From Streptosporangiales bacterium (GTDB taxonomy: Bacteria; Actinomycetota; Actinomycetes; Streptosporangiales; WHSR01): a stretch of 64,000 bases of DNA. The notes below the pieces were generated by a model. That model did not search any database. It worked only from the letters and a program-made list of their open reading frames with translations, and was not told the origin of the DNA. The first letter of the stretch is position 1. Each line of letters starts with the position of its first letter. The stretch is from positions 997-64,996 of the forward strand of contig WHSR01000009.1 in the NCBI GenBank assembly GCA_009379995.1. The letters are read 5' to 3'. A program made the translations under genes and the position numbers. This document shows, one piece after another, positions 18,328-27,061 of the stretch.

Positions 18328-19140
18328 TCACCCAGCTCGAGGGCGAGACTCCGACCGGCTGCCGTCGTCGCGCAGAGGGGACCTTCGGGGCGCCGGCCGG
18401 CCGATGGCGACCCAGGCGAGGTAGCCGGCGAGCAGGTACAGCGGCCAGCCCAGCACCACCCGCCCGACCGCGAGCGGAACCAGCAGGTTGGCCAGGTAGA
18501 ACGGGGCCAGGGCGGCGAGCCGCACGGCGTACATGCCTACCCAGATCCACGAGGCCACGGCGTAGGCGCGCAGCCGCGCCGGGTCACGCCGCCAGGTGTG
18601 GCGCTCGCCGAAGACCCGGGCGAAGGTCACCCCGATCAGCGGCCACCGCACCGCCAGCGAGACGAGGAAGCAGCCTCCGGCCGCCACCTGGCTGAGCAGG
18701 TGGGGCAGAAAGAAATCGACGGCCCTGCCGGTCTGCCGAGCCACCAGCGTGGCCAGCAGAACCCCGGCGAAGCCCAGCAGCGCCCGCCGTACGTCACGCC
18801 GGCCCCGGCTCCACACCAGGCGAAGCACCAGCATCGCCACGCCGGTGGAGACCGCCGCGATCAGCGCCGGAACCAGCCCGGCCGCCACGACGACGCCGGC
18901 GTAGACCACCCCGGGCAGCCCGATCTCGAGGATGCCGCGCACCCCGTCGATCGGGCGCAGGTCCAGCGGCCCGACCACCCCGGCGCGCTCGGCGTCCTGA
19001 TCGTGCCCGGCGGGCCCGCCGGGCTGTGCGTGGTCGCCCCCGGCCGGGCGCGGGGTCGCGGCGGCGTTGCCGTTCTGGGCTTCCACTGTCTCACTCGTAC
19101 GGTTAGGCAAGGCTTGCCTAAAGCTATCACCGCGGGTCAC
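18328..19140 (-). CDS. DUF3159-like integral membrane protein
   Basis: ORF track. Multi-TM. GTG start overlaps the upstream stop (GTGA). Confidence 0.65.
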   Translation of the reverse strand: MTRGDSFRQALPNRTSETVEAQNGNAAATPRPAGGDHAQPGGPAGHDQDAERAGVVGPLDLRPIDGVRGILEIGLPGVVYAGVVVAAGLVPALIAAVSTGVAMLVLRLVWSRGRRDVRRALLGFAGVLLATLVARQTGRAVDFFLPHLLSQVAAGGCFLVSLAVRWPLIGVTFARVFGERHTWRRDPARLRAYAVASWIWVGMYAVRLAALAPFYLANLLVPLAVGRVVLGWPLYLLAGYLAWVAIGRPAPRRSPLRDDGSRSESRPRAG

Positions 19141-19952
19141 AGGTTCAGCCGCGCGACGGGCGCCCGGCCACGCCGCAGGTCACGGGGGAGCCAGCGCAGG
19201 CTGTCCTCGGTGCTCTCGGCGGCGGGCCGGTACTCCAGGCCGACATAACCGTCGTACCCCAGCTCGTCCAGGGCGGCGAGCACGAACGGGTAGTGGATCT
19301 CCCCGGTGCCCGGCTCACCGCGGCCCGGAGAGTCGGCGACCTGCACGTGACCGATCGCGTCGATGTGTTGGCGCAGCGTCGCGACCAGGTTCCCCTCCAT
19401 CCGCTGCATGTGGTACGCGTCGTACTGCAGCCGGACGTTGTCCCGGCCCACGCCGCGCACGAAGTCCAGCGCCTCGGCGGTGGTGGACAGCAGGGCCGGC
19501 CCGTTGTCGAAGGTGTTGATGGCCTCGATCATCACCTCGGCCCCGGACGCCGCGGCCCGCTGCGCGGCGAAGGCGACGTTCGCGCTGGCCACATCGAGCT
19601 GCTCGGCTCGCTCCATCCCGGGTACGGCGAGCCCGACCAGCGCATTGAGCCTGCGGCAGCCCAACGCGCCGGCGAGCTCCAGGGCCACCGGCACGTTCTC
19701 CCGGAACTGCCCCTCGCGGTCGGGGTGGCCGGCCAGTCCGCGGTCGCCGCTCGACATGTCGCCGGCATCGAAGTTCAGCAGCGCAACGGACAGCCCGGCC
19801 TCCCGGACCGCCCGCTCGACCGTGCCGAGGTCCTCCCCGCCCGGCCACCAGAACTCCACCGCGCCGAACCCGGCCTCCGCGGCCCGCGCGAACCGATCGA
19901 GGAACGGCACCTCGGTGAACAGGATGGACACGTTTGCGGCAAAGGTCGGCAT
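19137..19952 (-). CDS. hyi: Hydroxypyruvate isomerase family (xylose isomerase-like TIM barrel)
   Basis: MPTFAANVSILFTEVPFLDRFARAAEAGFGAVEFWWP.. is a typical Hyi N-terminus. Confidence 0.85.
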   Translation of the reverse strand: MPTFAANVSILFTEVPFLDRFARAAEAGFGAVEFWWPGGEDLGTVERAVREAGLSVALLNFDAGDMSSGDRGLAGHPDREGQFRENVPVALELAGALGCRRLNALVGLAVPGMERAEQLDVASANVAFAAQRAAASGAEVMIEAINTFDNGPALLSTTAEALDFVRGVGRDNVRLQYDAYHMQRMEGNLVATLRQHIDAIGHVQVADSPGRGEPGTGEIHYPFVLAALDELGYDGYVGLEYRPAAESTEDSLRWLPRDLRRGRAPVARLNL

Positions 19953-20122
19953 GTCGGTTCTCCTGGTTCTCCTTGGTGACGGCGGCCCGGACGTACCCCG
20001 GGACGTGCTCCGGAGGTATCGAGGATGTAGCGGTCAGCACGATACGTCCCGGCCCTGGGCGTACTCGCCGATGGTCCGCGCACGCCGCTCACCTGGCAGA
20101 CTCGCATGAGAGGGAGGTCACC

Positions 20123-21013
20123 ATGTCCGGCCACATAGTCGTCGGCTTCGACGGTTCACAGCATGGACGTTCCGCGCTCGCCTAGGCGTGCGGCGAGGCG
20201 AACCGCCGCGGCCTGGCGCTGCGGGTGGTGCACGTCGCCGCTGCGTGGGCGGCGCGCGAGTCCAGCAACGCCCGGGTGGAAGAGGTGCACCGGTGGATGC
20301 GGGAGAACGCCGAGCGGATCCTCGACGAGGCGTGCACCTCGGCTCGGAGCCGGGTGGGCGACCGGGAGATATCGGGCGCGGTGCTCCACGGCGAGCCGGC
20401 GCAGATGCTGCTGGCCGAGGCCGAGGACGCGGCGTTGCTGGTGATGGGCAGCCGCGGGCTCGGTGGCTTCTCCGGGCTGCTGTTGGGCTCGGTCGCCCTG
20501 CACGTGACAGCCCATGCGCCCTGCCCGGTAGTGGTGGTACGCCATGACGCGGCGGAGCGGCCGGCCGAGGAGTTCCGCGAGGTGGTGGTCGGCACGGACG
20601 GTTCATCGGAGGCGCTGGCCGCCGTGCAGTTCGCGGTCACCGAGGCCGCGGTGCGCGGCGCTCGGCTTCGGGTGTTGCGCGCGTGGACGAGCCCGTTCGC
20701 CGCCTTGCCGCGCAACCGGTCCGGCGGCGGCCGGCACGACCTGAGCGAGGAGGAACGCGCTCTCGCCGAGTCGCTGGCCGGACTGCGGGAGGCCCACCCG
20801 GACCTGGAGATCGCCTCGGAGGTGGTACGGGGCCGCGCGGCCAGCGTACTTACCGCGGCCTCGTCGGCGGCGGACCTCGTGGTCGTCGGCTCACGCGGCC
20901 GCAGCGCGCTGAGCGGCCTGGTGCTCGGCTCGGTCAGTCACGCTCTCCTGCACCACGCCCAATGCCCGGTCGCCGTGGTGCGGTCGAACCCTCGGTACCC
21001 GGCCGACCGATAG
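20123..21013 (+). pseudogene. Tandem-domain universal stress protein interrupted by an in-frame TAG (20183-20185) at a conserved Trp position
   Basis: GAGAGGGAGG RBS, then ATG 20123 MSGHIVVGFDGSQHGRSALA-TAG-ACGEANRRGLALRVVHV.., same frame as ORF 20225..21013. USP consensus is ..SxxAL.WA..EA.. Confidence 0.8.
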
Positions 21014-21093
21014 ACCCGGCCGGGCCGATCGATGAGTTTCGCCGCGCCGCGCGGTCTAACGGGTCGAGGCGAGATACGACGAAGGGACCGGCG

Positions 21094-22299
21094 ATGGGTA
21101 CCGGAGGATTGTCGAAGACGCGGCTCGACCGCATGCACGCCGTCATGGCCGGCTACGTCGAGCGCGGCGAGGTGCCCGGCATCGTCGCGCTGGTCAGCCG
21201 GCGGGGCGAGGTGCATGTCGACGCCCTCGGCACGAAGGCGGTCGGCGGCGATCCTGTACGGCGCGACACGATCTTCCGCATCGCCTCGATGACCAAACCG
21301 ATCACGGCCGCGGCGGCGATGATCCTGGTCGAGGAGTACACGCTGCGGCTGGACGACCCGGTGGATCGGCTGCTGCCCGAGCTCGCCGACCGAAGGGTGC
21401 TGAAGCGGATCGACGGGCCGCTCGACGACACGGTGCCCGCGAACCGGCCGATCACCGTGCGCGATCTGCTCACCCTTCGCATGGGCTTCGGCACCGTCAT
21501 GGCGCCGCCGGGCACATACCCCATCCAGGTCGCGGTGAGCGAGCAGCGACTCGGCGGCGACGGGCCGCCGAGGCCGGCGACCACGCCCGCGACGGACGAG
21601 TGGATCCGCCGGCTGGGTGCATTGCCGCTCATGCACCAACCGGGCGAGAAGTGGATGTACCACACGGGGATCGACGTGCTCGGCATCCTGATCGCGCGCG
21701 CCTCGGGTCAGCCCCTGGAGACGTTCCTCGCCGAACGCATCTTCGAGCCACTCGGCATGACCGACACCGGCTTCAGCGTGCCCGCCGCCAAGCTCGACCG
21801 GCTTGCGACCAGCTATGTGGCCGATCCCGAGACCGGCGCGCTCCAGGTCTTCGACGAGCCCGAGGGCGGCGGGTGGAGCCGTCCGCCCGCCTTCCCGTCC
21901 GGCGGCGGAGGTCTGGTCTCCACCGCCAACGACTACCTGGCCTTCTGTCAGATGATGCTGAACAAGGGGCGGTACGGTCGCGAACGCATCCTGTCCCGGC
22001 CGTCGGTCGAGCTCATGACCACCGACCATGTGACGCCGGAGCAGAGGTCGGAGGCCGGCATCTTCTTCGGGGACCACGGCAGCTGGGGATTCGGGTGTGA
22101 GGTCATCATCCGGCGCGATGACCTGGCGACGGTTCCCGGACGCTTCGGCTGGACCGGCGGCCTGGGCACGTCCGGGTACTCCGACCCCGCGGAGGAGCTG
22201 GCCGGGATCCTGCTGACCCAGCGGGCGATGGATTCCCCCGGCCCGCCCGGTGTCTTCCGCGACTTCTGGACCTCGGCCTACCAGGCGATCGACGACTGA
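21094..22299 (+). CDS. Serine hydrolase / class C beta-lactamase-related protein
   Basis: ..IFRIASMTKPITAAAAM.. (SxxK). ATG 21094 within ORF 20683..22299. Confidence 0.85.
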   Translation: MGTGGLSKTRLDRMHAVMAGYVERGEVPGIVALVSRRGEVHVDALGTKAVGGDPVRRDTIFRIASMTKPITAAAAMILVEEYTLRLDDPVDRLLPELADRRVLKRIDGPLDDTVPANRPITVRDLLTLRMGFGTVMAPPGTYPIQVAVSEQRLGGDGPPRPATTPATDEWIRRLGALPLMHQPGEKWMYHTGIDVLGILIARASGQPLETFLAERIFEPLGMTDTGFSVPAAKLDRLATSYVADPETGALQVFDEPEGGGWSRPPAFPSGGGGLVSTANDYLAFCQMMLNKGRYGRERILSRPSVELMTTDHVTPEQRSEAGIFFGDHGSWGFGCEVIIRRDDLATVPGRFGWTGGLGTSGYSDPAEELAGILLTQRAMDSPGPPGVFRDFWTSAYQAIDD

Positions 22300-22349
22300 G
22301 CCGACGAGCCGGGCGGCCCGCGCTCGTGAACCAAAGAAGGAGATCGAGC

Positions 22350-22502
22350 TTGCCTGAACAATTGCGCATCAACGAAACGGCGCTAACCGACGCAGGAGCA
22401 GCTCCCTGGTCACTGGCGCTGGACCGACTCGAGAATCCGGAACATGCGCGCACCCGACCCGGTGGGCCGCGACTGACCTGGCCCGTACGGGCACCGTGGT
22501 AG
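22350..22502 (+). pseudogene. N-terminal fragment of a pyridoxamine 5'-phosphate oxidase (PPOX)-like gene
   Basis: AAGGAG RBS, then TTG 22350: MPEQLRINETALTDAGAAPWSLALDRLENPEHARTRPGGPRLTWPV.. resembles PPOX-family N-termini. Ends after 50 codons. Confidence 0.4.
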
Positions 22503-22612
22503 CGGTCACCCACGACAGGTGGTTCGCCCGCGGCCTCGACCGGTTCGTCGTGTTCGGCGCGGACGGCACGGTCAGCGAATCCGACGAGGCCGTCTGGGAC
22601 GAAGGACGCTGA
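22484..22612 (+). pseudogene. C-terminal fragment of an ABC-F type ATPase
   Basis: ..GTVVAVTHDRWFARGLDRFVVFGADGTVSESDEAVWDEGR* matches the extreme C-terminus of ABC-F proteins. No upstream cassette or start codon. Confidence 0.5.
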
Positions 22613-22619
22613 CCTGTGG

Positions 22620-22889
22620 TCAGCGGCGGAACAGGCCGCCCACCGGCGCCTGCCGGTCGATCTCGCGGCCCAACGTGAGGACCATGTCCTCGAAGGTGTT
22701 GGGGTTCTGCTTCTTGAGCGTCGCTATCACGCCGGCACCGCTTGCCTCCTCGAGCACGGCGCTCAGGGCCTGGTACGGGACCTGGCGGCCGGCCTCGAGG
22801 TCGTCGTACACGGGACGGGCCACCTTCAGCAGCTTGGGGTGGGCTGCCGACTCCAGGAGGATCATTCGTACGGCCTCTTTGAGCTCCAT
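22620..22889 (-). CDS. Hypothetical protein (89 aa)
   Basis: Tail of ORF 22620..23837 from ATG 22889 (MELKEAVRMILLESAAHPKLL..). Coding-like codon usage. Confidence 0.5.
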   Translation of the reverse strand: MELKEAVRMILLESAAHPKLLKVARPVYDDLEAGRQVPYQALSAVLEEASGAGVIATLKKQNPNTFEDMVLTLGREIDRQAPVGGLFRR

Positions 22890-22906
22890 GTGAGCAGAGT
22901 CTAGAT

Positions 22907-23908
22907 CTAGATGCGGTCTTGGCGGGCCGGAGCCCTCCTTGAGATGCGCTGCGCGTTGAGCTCGGCGCCCAGGAGAACTGCCAGCGCGGCGACGTAGAAG
23001 AACAGCAGGGCCGCGATGGGTGCGGCCAGCGGGCCGTACATGGCCAGGTTGGAAAAGACGAACCGAAGAAACGAGCGCAACGCGATGCTGCCCACCATCC
23101 AGATGGCCACCGCGAGCACCGCGCCGGGGAAGTGCTGGCCGAACCGCACCGACCCGGGCATCCCGACCCAGTAGAAGACCAGGGCAACGACGAACGCGAG
23201 CACCGCCACCGCCGGCCAGTAGGCGATGTTGATCAGGGTCGGGGTGAAGCTGCGTATCTCGTCGGGCAGCAGCCTCGCGATGGTACGTGGCCCGATCACC
23301 AGCAGCGGGAGGAAGGCGACGCCGAACACCAGCGCGCCCGCGTACAGGGCCAGGGCGAGGAGGCGGTTGTAGACCATTCCCCGCACTCCCTGTTGGCCGT
23401 AGGCGATGGCGATCGCGTTGAGGCAGGCGCCCAGCGCCGTCGATCCGGTCCAGAACGAGACCAGGAAGCCCAGCGATGCCACAGCTGCCCGGCCCTGCGA
23501 AAGGGTGCCGTGTACCAGCGGCTGGACCAGGTTGTTCAGCGTCGCCTCGGTCAGGAACTGGGCCAGAGCGTCCAGGACCTGCTGCTCCATCGCTGCCGTC
23601 ACGCCGGGGCCCAGGGCCGGCGCCACGTAGCCGACGAGGGCGAGCATCCCGAGCAGCAGCGGGGCGAACGACAGCAGTGCCCAGAAACCCACCTCGGCGG
23701 CGAGGCCGTGCGCCCGATGCTCCCAGGCGCCCGCGAAGGTGCCGCGCACCAGGGCGACGAACCGCGCCGTACGCGTCGTACGCGCCGTACCGGCCGGCCG
23801 CGGGTGCCATGGGACCCGTTCCAGCACTCTTGTCCACCCGATCACGGAACCCCTTCCGCCACTCCTGGTCAGGAGCTTAGGCCGCAAGGTACCGATACGA
23901 CGGCTCAT
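22907..23908 (-). CDS. YihY/BrkB family membrane protein
   Basis: ..GLAAEVGFWALLSFAPLLL..FWTGSTALGACLNAIAIAYG..GPLAAPIAALLFFYVAALAVLLGAELNA.. ATG 23908 overlaps the upstream stop (ATGA). Confidence 0.85.
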   Translation of the reverse strand: MSRRIGTLRPKLLTRSGGRGSVIGWTRVLERVPWHPRPAGTARTTRTARFVALVRGTFAGAWEHRAHGLAAEVGFWALLSFAPLLLGMLALVGYVAPALGPGVTAAMEQQVLDALAQFLTEATLNNLVQPLVHGTLSQGRAAVASLGFLVSFWTGSTALGACLNAIAIAYGQQGVRGMVYNRLLALALYAGALVFGVAFLPLLVIGPRTIARLLPDEIRSFTPTLINIAYWPAVAVLAFVVALVFYWVGMPGSVRFGQHFPGAVLAVAIWMVGSIALRSFLRFVFSNLAMYGPLAAPIAALLFFYVAALAVLLGAELNAQRISRRAPARQDRI

Positions 23909-25110
23909 GGGTGCTCGACATGCTCGAGGTCGGACCCTCGCCACCGCGACGTTACGGCCCGTCGCGCGGCGACGGCGAGGACGGCGACGGCCTCCTCCAA
24001 CGGTCCGCGGCGCACGACCGCCCGCCAGGCGGTGGCCAGCATCAGCACCGCCGCGACCTGGATCAGATAGGAGGTGGTGGGGTCGGCCGGGAGGACCGGG
24101 GAGGCCAGCAGCAGGACGTGGCCGGTGTAGAGGGTCAGGGTCATGCCGCCGGCGGCGGCGAGCGGTACGAGAGCCCATTCCGCGGCCCGGGCCACCAGCA
24201 ACGCGGCGCCCAGCAACGCCAGCGCCGTACCCGTCGTGTGCAGCAGGTCGAAGGGGGTGCTGGAGTGCGGCGACGCCACGGACAGCCACCACCAGGTGGT
24301 GGTCGGCGTCACCCCGTACTGGCTCTCCGAAAGCATCCGGTCGACCTCACCCGGGTCGGTGAACGACAGGTTCGCCGCGATCTGCTCCCGGCCGCCCAGG
24401 ACGTCGAGCAGAAACCACGAGGCGGACGACGCGGCGAGGGCCAGGGCCGCGCCGCCGCCCAGCAGCACGACCGCCACCCGGGTGGACCGCAGCGGCAGCC
24501 GCCCGACCGCGAGACCCGCGCACAGGTACGTCATCCAGGCCAGAACAGGGTAGTAGCCGGTCAGCGCAAGCTCCACCACGAGCCGCACCGGGTCCTGGAT
24601 GAGGGTGGCGAAGGTCGGGTTGGCAGTGTCCGCGGGCGGCAGGCTGCCCCGCAGCAGGTGGCTGACCACCGGAACGACCCCGGCCACGACCAGGGCGAGG
24701 CCGGCCAGCGCACCCGCACGCAGGCGCAGCAACGGCACAGCGAGCAGGAAGAACATGGCGTAGTAGGGCAGGATCACCGCGACCCCGGAGTCGGGATACC
24801 CCAATGCCAGGCCGATCGCACCGATCGCGAGGCCACGTACCGCTATCCCCGCGCCCACCCCGGCGTGCTCGGGCGCGGTACGTACCCGCGCGGTGGCCAG
24901 CGCGAGGCCGACGCCCGCGAGCAGGGCGAAGGCGGCCGCCGACCGGCCGTGTGCCAGGAGGTAGCCGACCGACGTTCCGCCGTCGGGATCGCGGTCCGGA
25001 AGCACGTGGATCGCCATCATCCCGACCAGCGCCACACCCCGGGCCGCGTCGACACCCCGCAGGCGCCGGGCGGCCGGGGTGCCCGCCGCCTCCCGATCCG
25101 GTCCGCTCAC
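23905..25110 (-). CDS. DUF1624/heparan-alpha-glucosaminide N-acetyltransferase-like membrane protein
   Basis: ..LRGVDAARGVALVGMMAIHV.. and about 10 TM segments. GTG 25110 is the proposed start because the LLM gene ends at 25115. Confidence 0.6.
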   Translation of the reverse strand: MSGPDREAAGTPAARRLRGVDAARGVALVGMMAIHVLPDRDPDGGTSVGYLLAHGRSAAAFALLAGVGLALATARVRTAPEHAGVGAGIAVRGLAIGAIGLALGYPDSGVAVILPYYAMFFLLAVPLLRLRAGALAGLALVVAGVVPVVSHLLRGSLPPADTANPTFATLIQDPVRLVVELALTGYYPVLAWMTYLCAGLAVGRLPLRSTRVAVVLLGGGAALALAASSASWFLLDVLGGREQIAANLSFTDPGEVDRMLSESQYGVTPTTTWWWLSVASPHSSTPFDLLHTTGTALALLGAALLVARAAEWALVPLAAAGGMTLTLYTGHVLLLASPVLPADPTTSYLIQVAAVLMLATAWRAVVRRGPLEEAVAVLAVAARRAVTSRWRGSDLEHVEHP

Positions 25111-25114
25111 CGGC

Positions 25115-25972
25115 CTACGAGGGACGCGGGGGCCCGGCCCGTAGCCGGCGTTCGGCGGACTCCCTGACCACCGGGGGCTCCATCGTCGACCAGTCCGCGT
25201 CGAGCCACCACGTCGCACCGGCCGCGGCCCACGGGCGGACGGTCTCGGCGGCGGCCCGCGGATCGTCGGCGGGCGTGGTGCCCTCCATCACCATCTCGTA
25301 GCCGTCCCGGGGAAGCTCTTCGGCGGCGCGCTGCTCGCGGATCCACCGGACGGCCTCGGCGAACACCTCCGGCGTCAGCTCGGCGTGCGCCCCTTCGGCC
25401 GACCTGCCGGTCGGCAGGTAGTTGGGCAGCCAGCCGTCCCAGCGTGCGGCCCGCCGCATCGACCGGGGGCGCGGCCACCCGCCCACCACCCAGACCGGGA
25501 TGCGGGGCCGCTGAACTGGGGGCGGCGGCACCAGGCGTTCGACGGGGCGGGCCCGGTAGTGCTTACCGGAGAAGCCGAACGACTTCCCGCTCCACATCTG
25601 CCGGAGCATCTCCAGACCCTCGTCGAGCATCTCCGCCCGTACCTTGCGGCCGGGATCGGGTTCGAACACCCACCACCGGTCGTCGGGGGCGCCGAGCCCG
25701 ACCGAAAGGATGACCCGCCCGCCGGACAGGTTGTCCAGGGTGGCGGTCTGGCTGGCCACGTCCCAGGGCTTGCGCCGGGGCAGCGGGGTGAGCATCGTGC
25801 CCAGCCGGATCGTCGAGGTGCGCATGGCCGCCGCCGTCAACGCGACCCACGCGTCCACCCCCCAGATCGACTCCCAGCAGAAGAACCCGTCCCATCCGTG
25901 CGCCTCGGCGACCGCGGCCAGCTCGGCCGCCGTACGCGCGTCTCCCCAGGGGAGAACGAACCCGTACCTCAT
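25115..25972 (-). CDS. LLM-class (luciferase-like) flavin/F420-dependent oxidoreductase
   Basis: MRYGFVLPWGDARTAAELAAVAEAHGWDGFFCWESIWG..RLGTMLTPLPRR..ILSVGLG.. Confidence 0.85.
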   Translation of the reverse strand: MRYGFVLPWGDARTAAELAAVAEAHGWDGFFCWESIWGVDAWVALTAAAMRTSTIRLGTMLTPLPRRKPWDVASQTATLDNLSGGRVILSVGLGAPDDRWWVFEPDPGRKVRAEMLDEGLEMLRQMWSGKSFGFSGKHYRARPVERLVPPPPVQRPRIPVWVVGGWPRPRSMRRAARWDGWLPNYLPTGRSAEGAHAELTPEVFAEAVRWIREQRAAEELPRDGYEMVMEGTTPADDPRAAAETVRPWAAAGATWWLDADWSTMEPPVVRESAERRLRAGPPRPS

Positions 25973-26373
25973 GCACGAGACGGTACCGCGACACGCCGAC
26001 GGTCCCCGGCGGTCGCCAACCACAGCAGCCGCCGCTGCCGCTCCTCGGCGGCGGCCAGGGCGGGATGGTCGCGGTAGGCGTCCAGCAGCGCCCGCCGCGC
26101 CGGGTCCTCGGCGGTCAGCTCCTCCCAGAGGTCACGGGCGGCACCGGCGAGGTCGTCGGGCGAATCCTCCAACAGCGCGTCCAACCGGGCGGCGAACCGC
26201 GCGTACCAGCGGCGATGCAGCTCAAGCAGGACCGCGTCCGGCGAGCCGAACTCGGACTCGAGACCGGGCACCTGGCCCCAGGGCAGGGTCGCGTCTCCGG
26301 TACGGCTGACGTGCTCGCACACCGCCCGCAGCAGCTCCTGTCGGGTCGGCCTTTGCTGTCCTTGCCTACTCAT
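25969..26373 (-). CDS. Hypothetical protein (134 aa), first gene of a coupled four-gene operon
   Basis: ORF track. Stop overlaps the LLM start (ATGA). Confidence 0.5.
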   Translation of the reverse strand: MSRQGQQRPTRQELLRAVCEHVSRTGDATLPWGQVPGLESEFGSPDAVLLELHRRWYARFAARLDALLEDSPDDLAGAARDLWEELTAEDPARRALLDAYRDHPALAAAEERQRRLLWLATAGDRRRVAVPSRA

Positions 26374-26399
26374 GGGATCTGACCAACCACCGATATACT

Positions 26400-26418
26400 G
26401 ACATACTCTTAGTATGTC
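26400..26418. promoter_or_regulatory. Perfect palindrome GACATACT-ctt-AGTATGTC in the divergent TetR intergenic region (candidate TetR operator)
   Basis: Read directly. Lies between 26373 (-) and 26432 (+). Confidence 0.5.
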
Positions 26419-26431
26419 CTAGACTCCGAGT

Positions 26432-27052
26432 GTGGTCAATGTCAGGGGCGGCTCCCGAAGCCGTCGGGAGGAGTACTCCGAGGCCACCCGGCAGGCACTG
26501 GTCGACAGCGCCGTCGAGCGTTTCGCGGACCGGGGCTACGCCCGTACCTCCCTCGACGAGATCGTTGCCGCCGCCCGGGTGACCAAGGGCGCGCTGTACC
26601 ACCATTTCGACGGCAAGCAGGCACTGTTCGAGGCGGCCCTGCGCCAGCTCGCCGACGCCGCCGTCGAGGCGCTCGCGACCGCGGCGGCCGAGGCGGAGAC
26701 CGCCTGGGACGCCGCCCTGGCCAGCCTCGACATCTACCTCGACCAGTGCCGCGACCCCGCCTACGGGCGCATAGTCGTCCAGGAGGGACCGGTGGCGCTG
26801 GGGTTCCCCAAGTGGCAGGAGTACGAGCGGGACCACGCCTACGGCTTCACCGAGGGGGTGCTGCGGGCCCTCATGGACGAGGGCTTCGTCCGACCCCTGC
26901 CGCTGGAGGCCACCACCCAGGTGGTGTTCGGCATGCTCAACGCCGCCGCGCTGGCCATCGCCCACGCGCCCGAGGCGGAGCAGGAACGCGTCGTCGAGGA
27001 GATGAAGGCGGTGTTCCGCCGCTTCCTCGACGGCCTGCGGGTTCCGAGATAG
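26432..27052 (+). CDS. TetR/AcrR family transcriptional regulator
   Basis: ..TRQALVDSAVERFADRGYARTSLDEIVAAARVTKGALYHHFDGKQALF.. Confidence 0.9.
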   Translation: MVNVRGGSRSRREEYSEATRQALVDSAVERFADRGYARTSLDEIVAAARVTKGALYHHFDGKQALFEAALRQLADAAVEALATAAAEAETAWDAALASLDIYLDQCRDPAYGRIVVQEGPVALGFPKWQEYERDHAYGFTEGVLRALMDEGFVRPLPLEATTQVVFGMLNAAALAIAHAPEAEQERVVEEMKAVFRRFLDGLRVPR

Positions 27053-27061
27053 GAGTAGATC

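Noticed and set aside
20183-20185. TAG in the USP gene as pyrrolysine or another programmed recoding event
   Set aside because: The position aligns with a conserved Trp (TGG to TAG, one transition). There is no Pyl context or machinery in the window, and actinobacteria are not known Pyl users. A nonsense mutation is far more likely.
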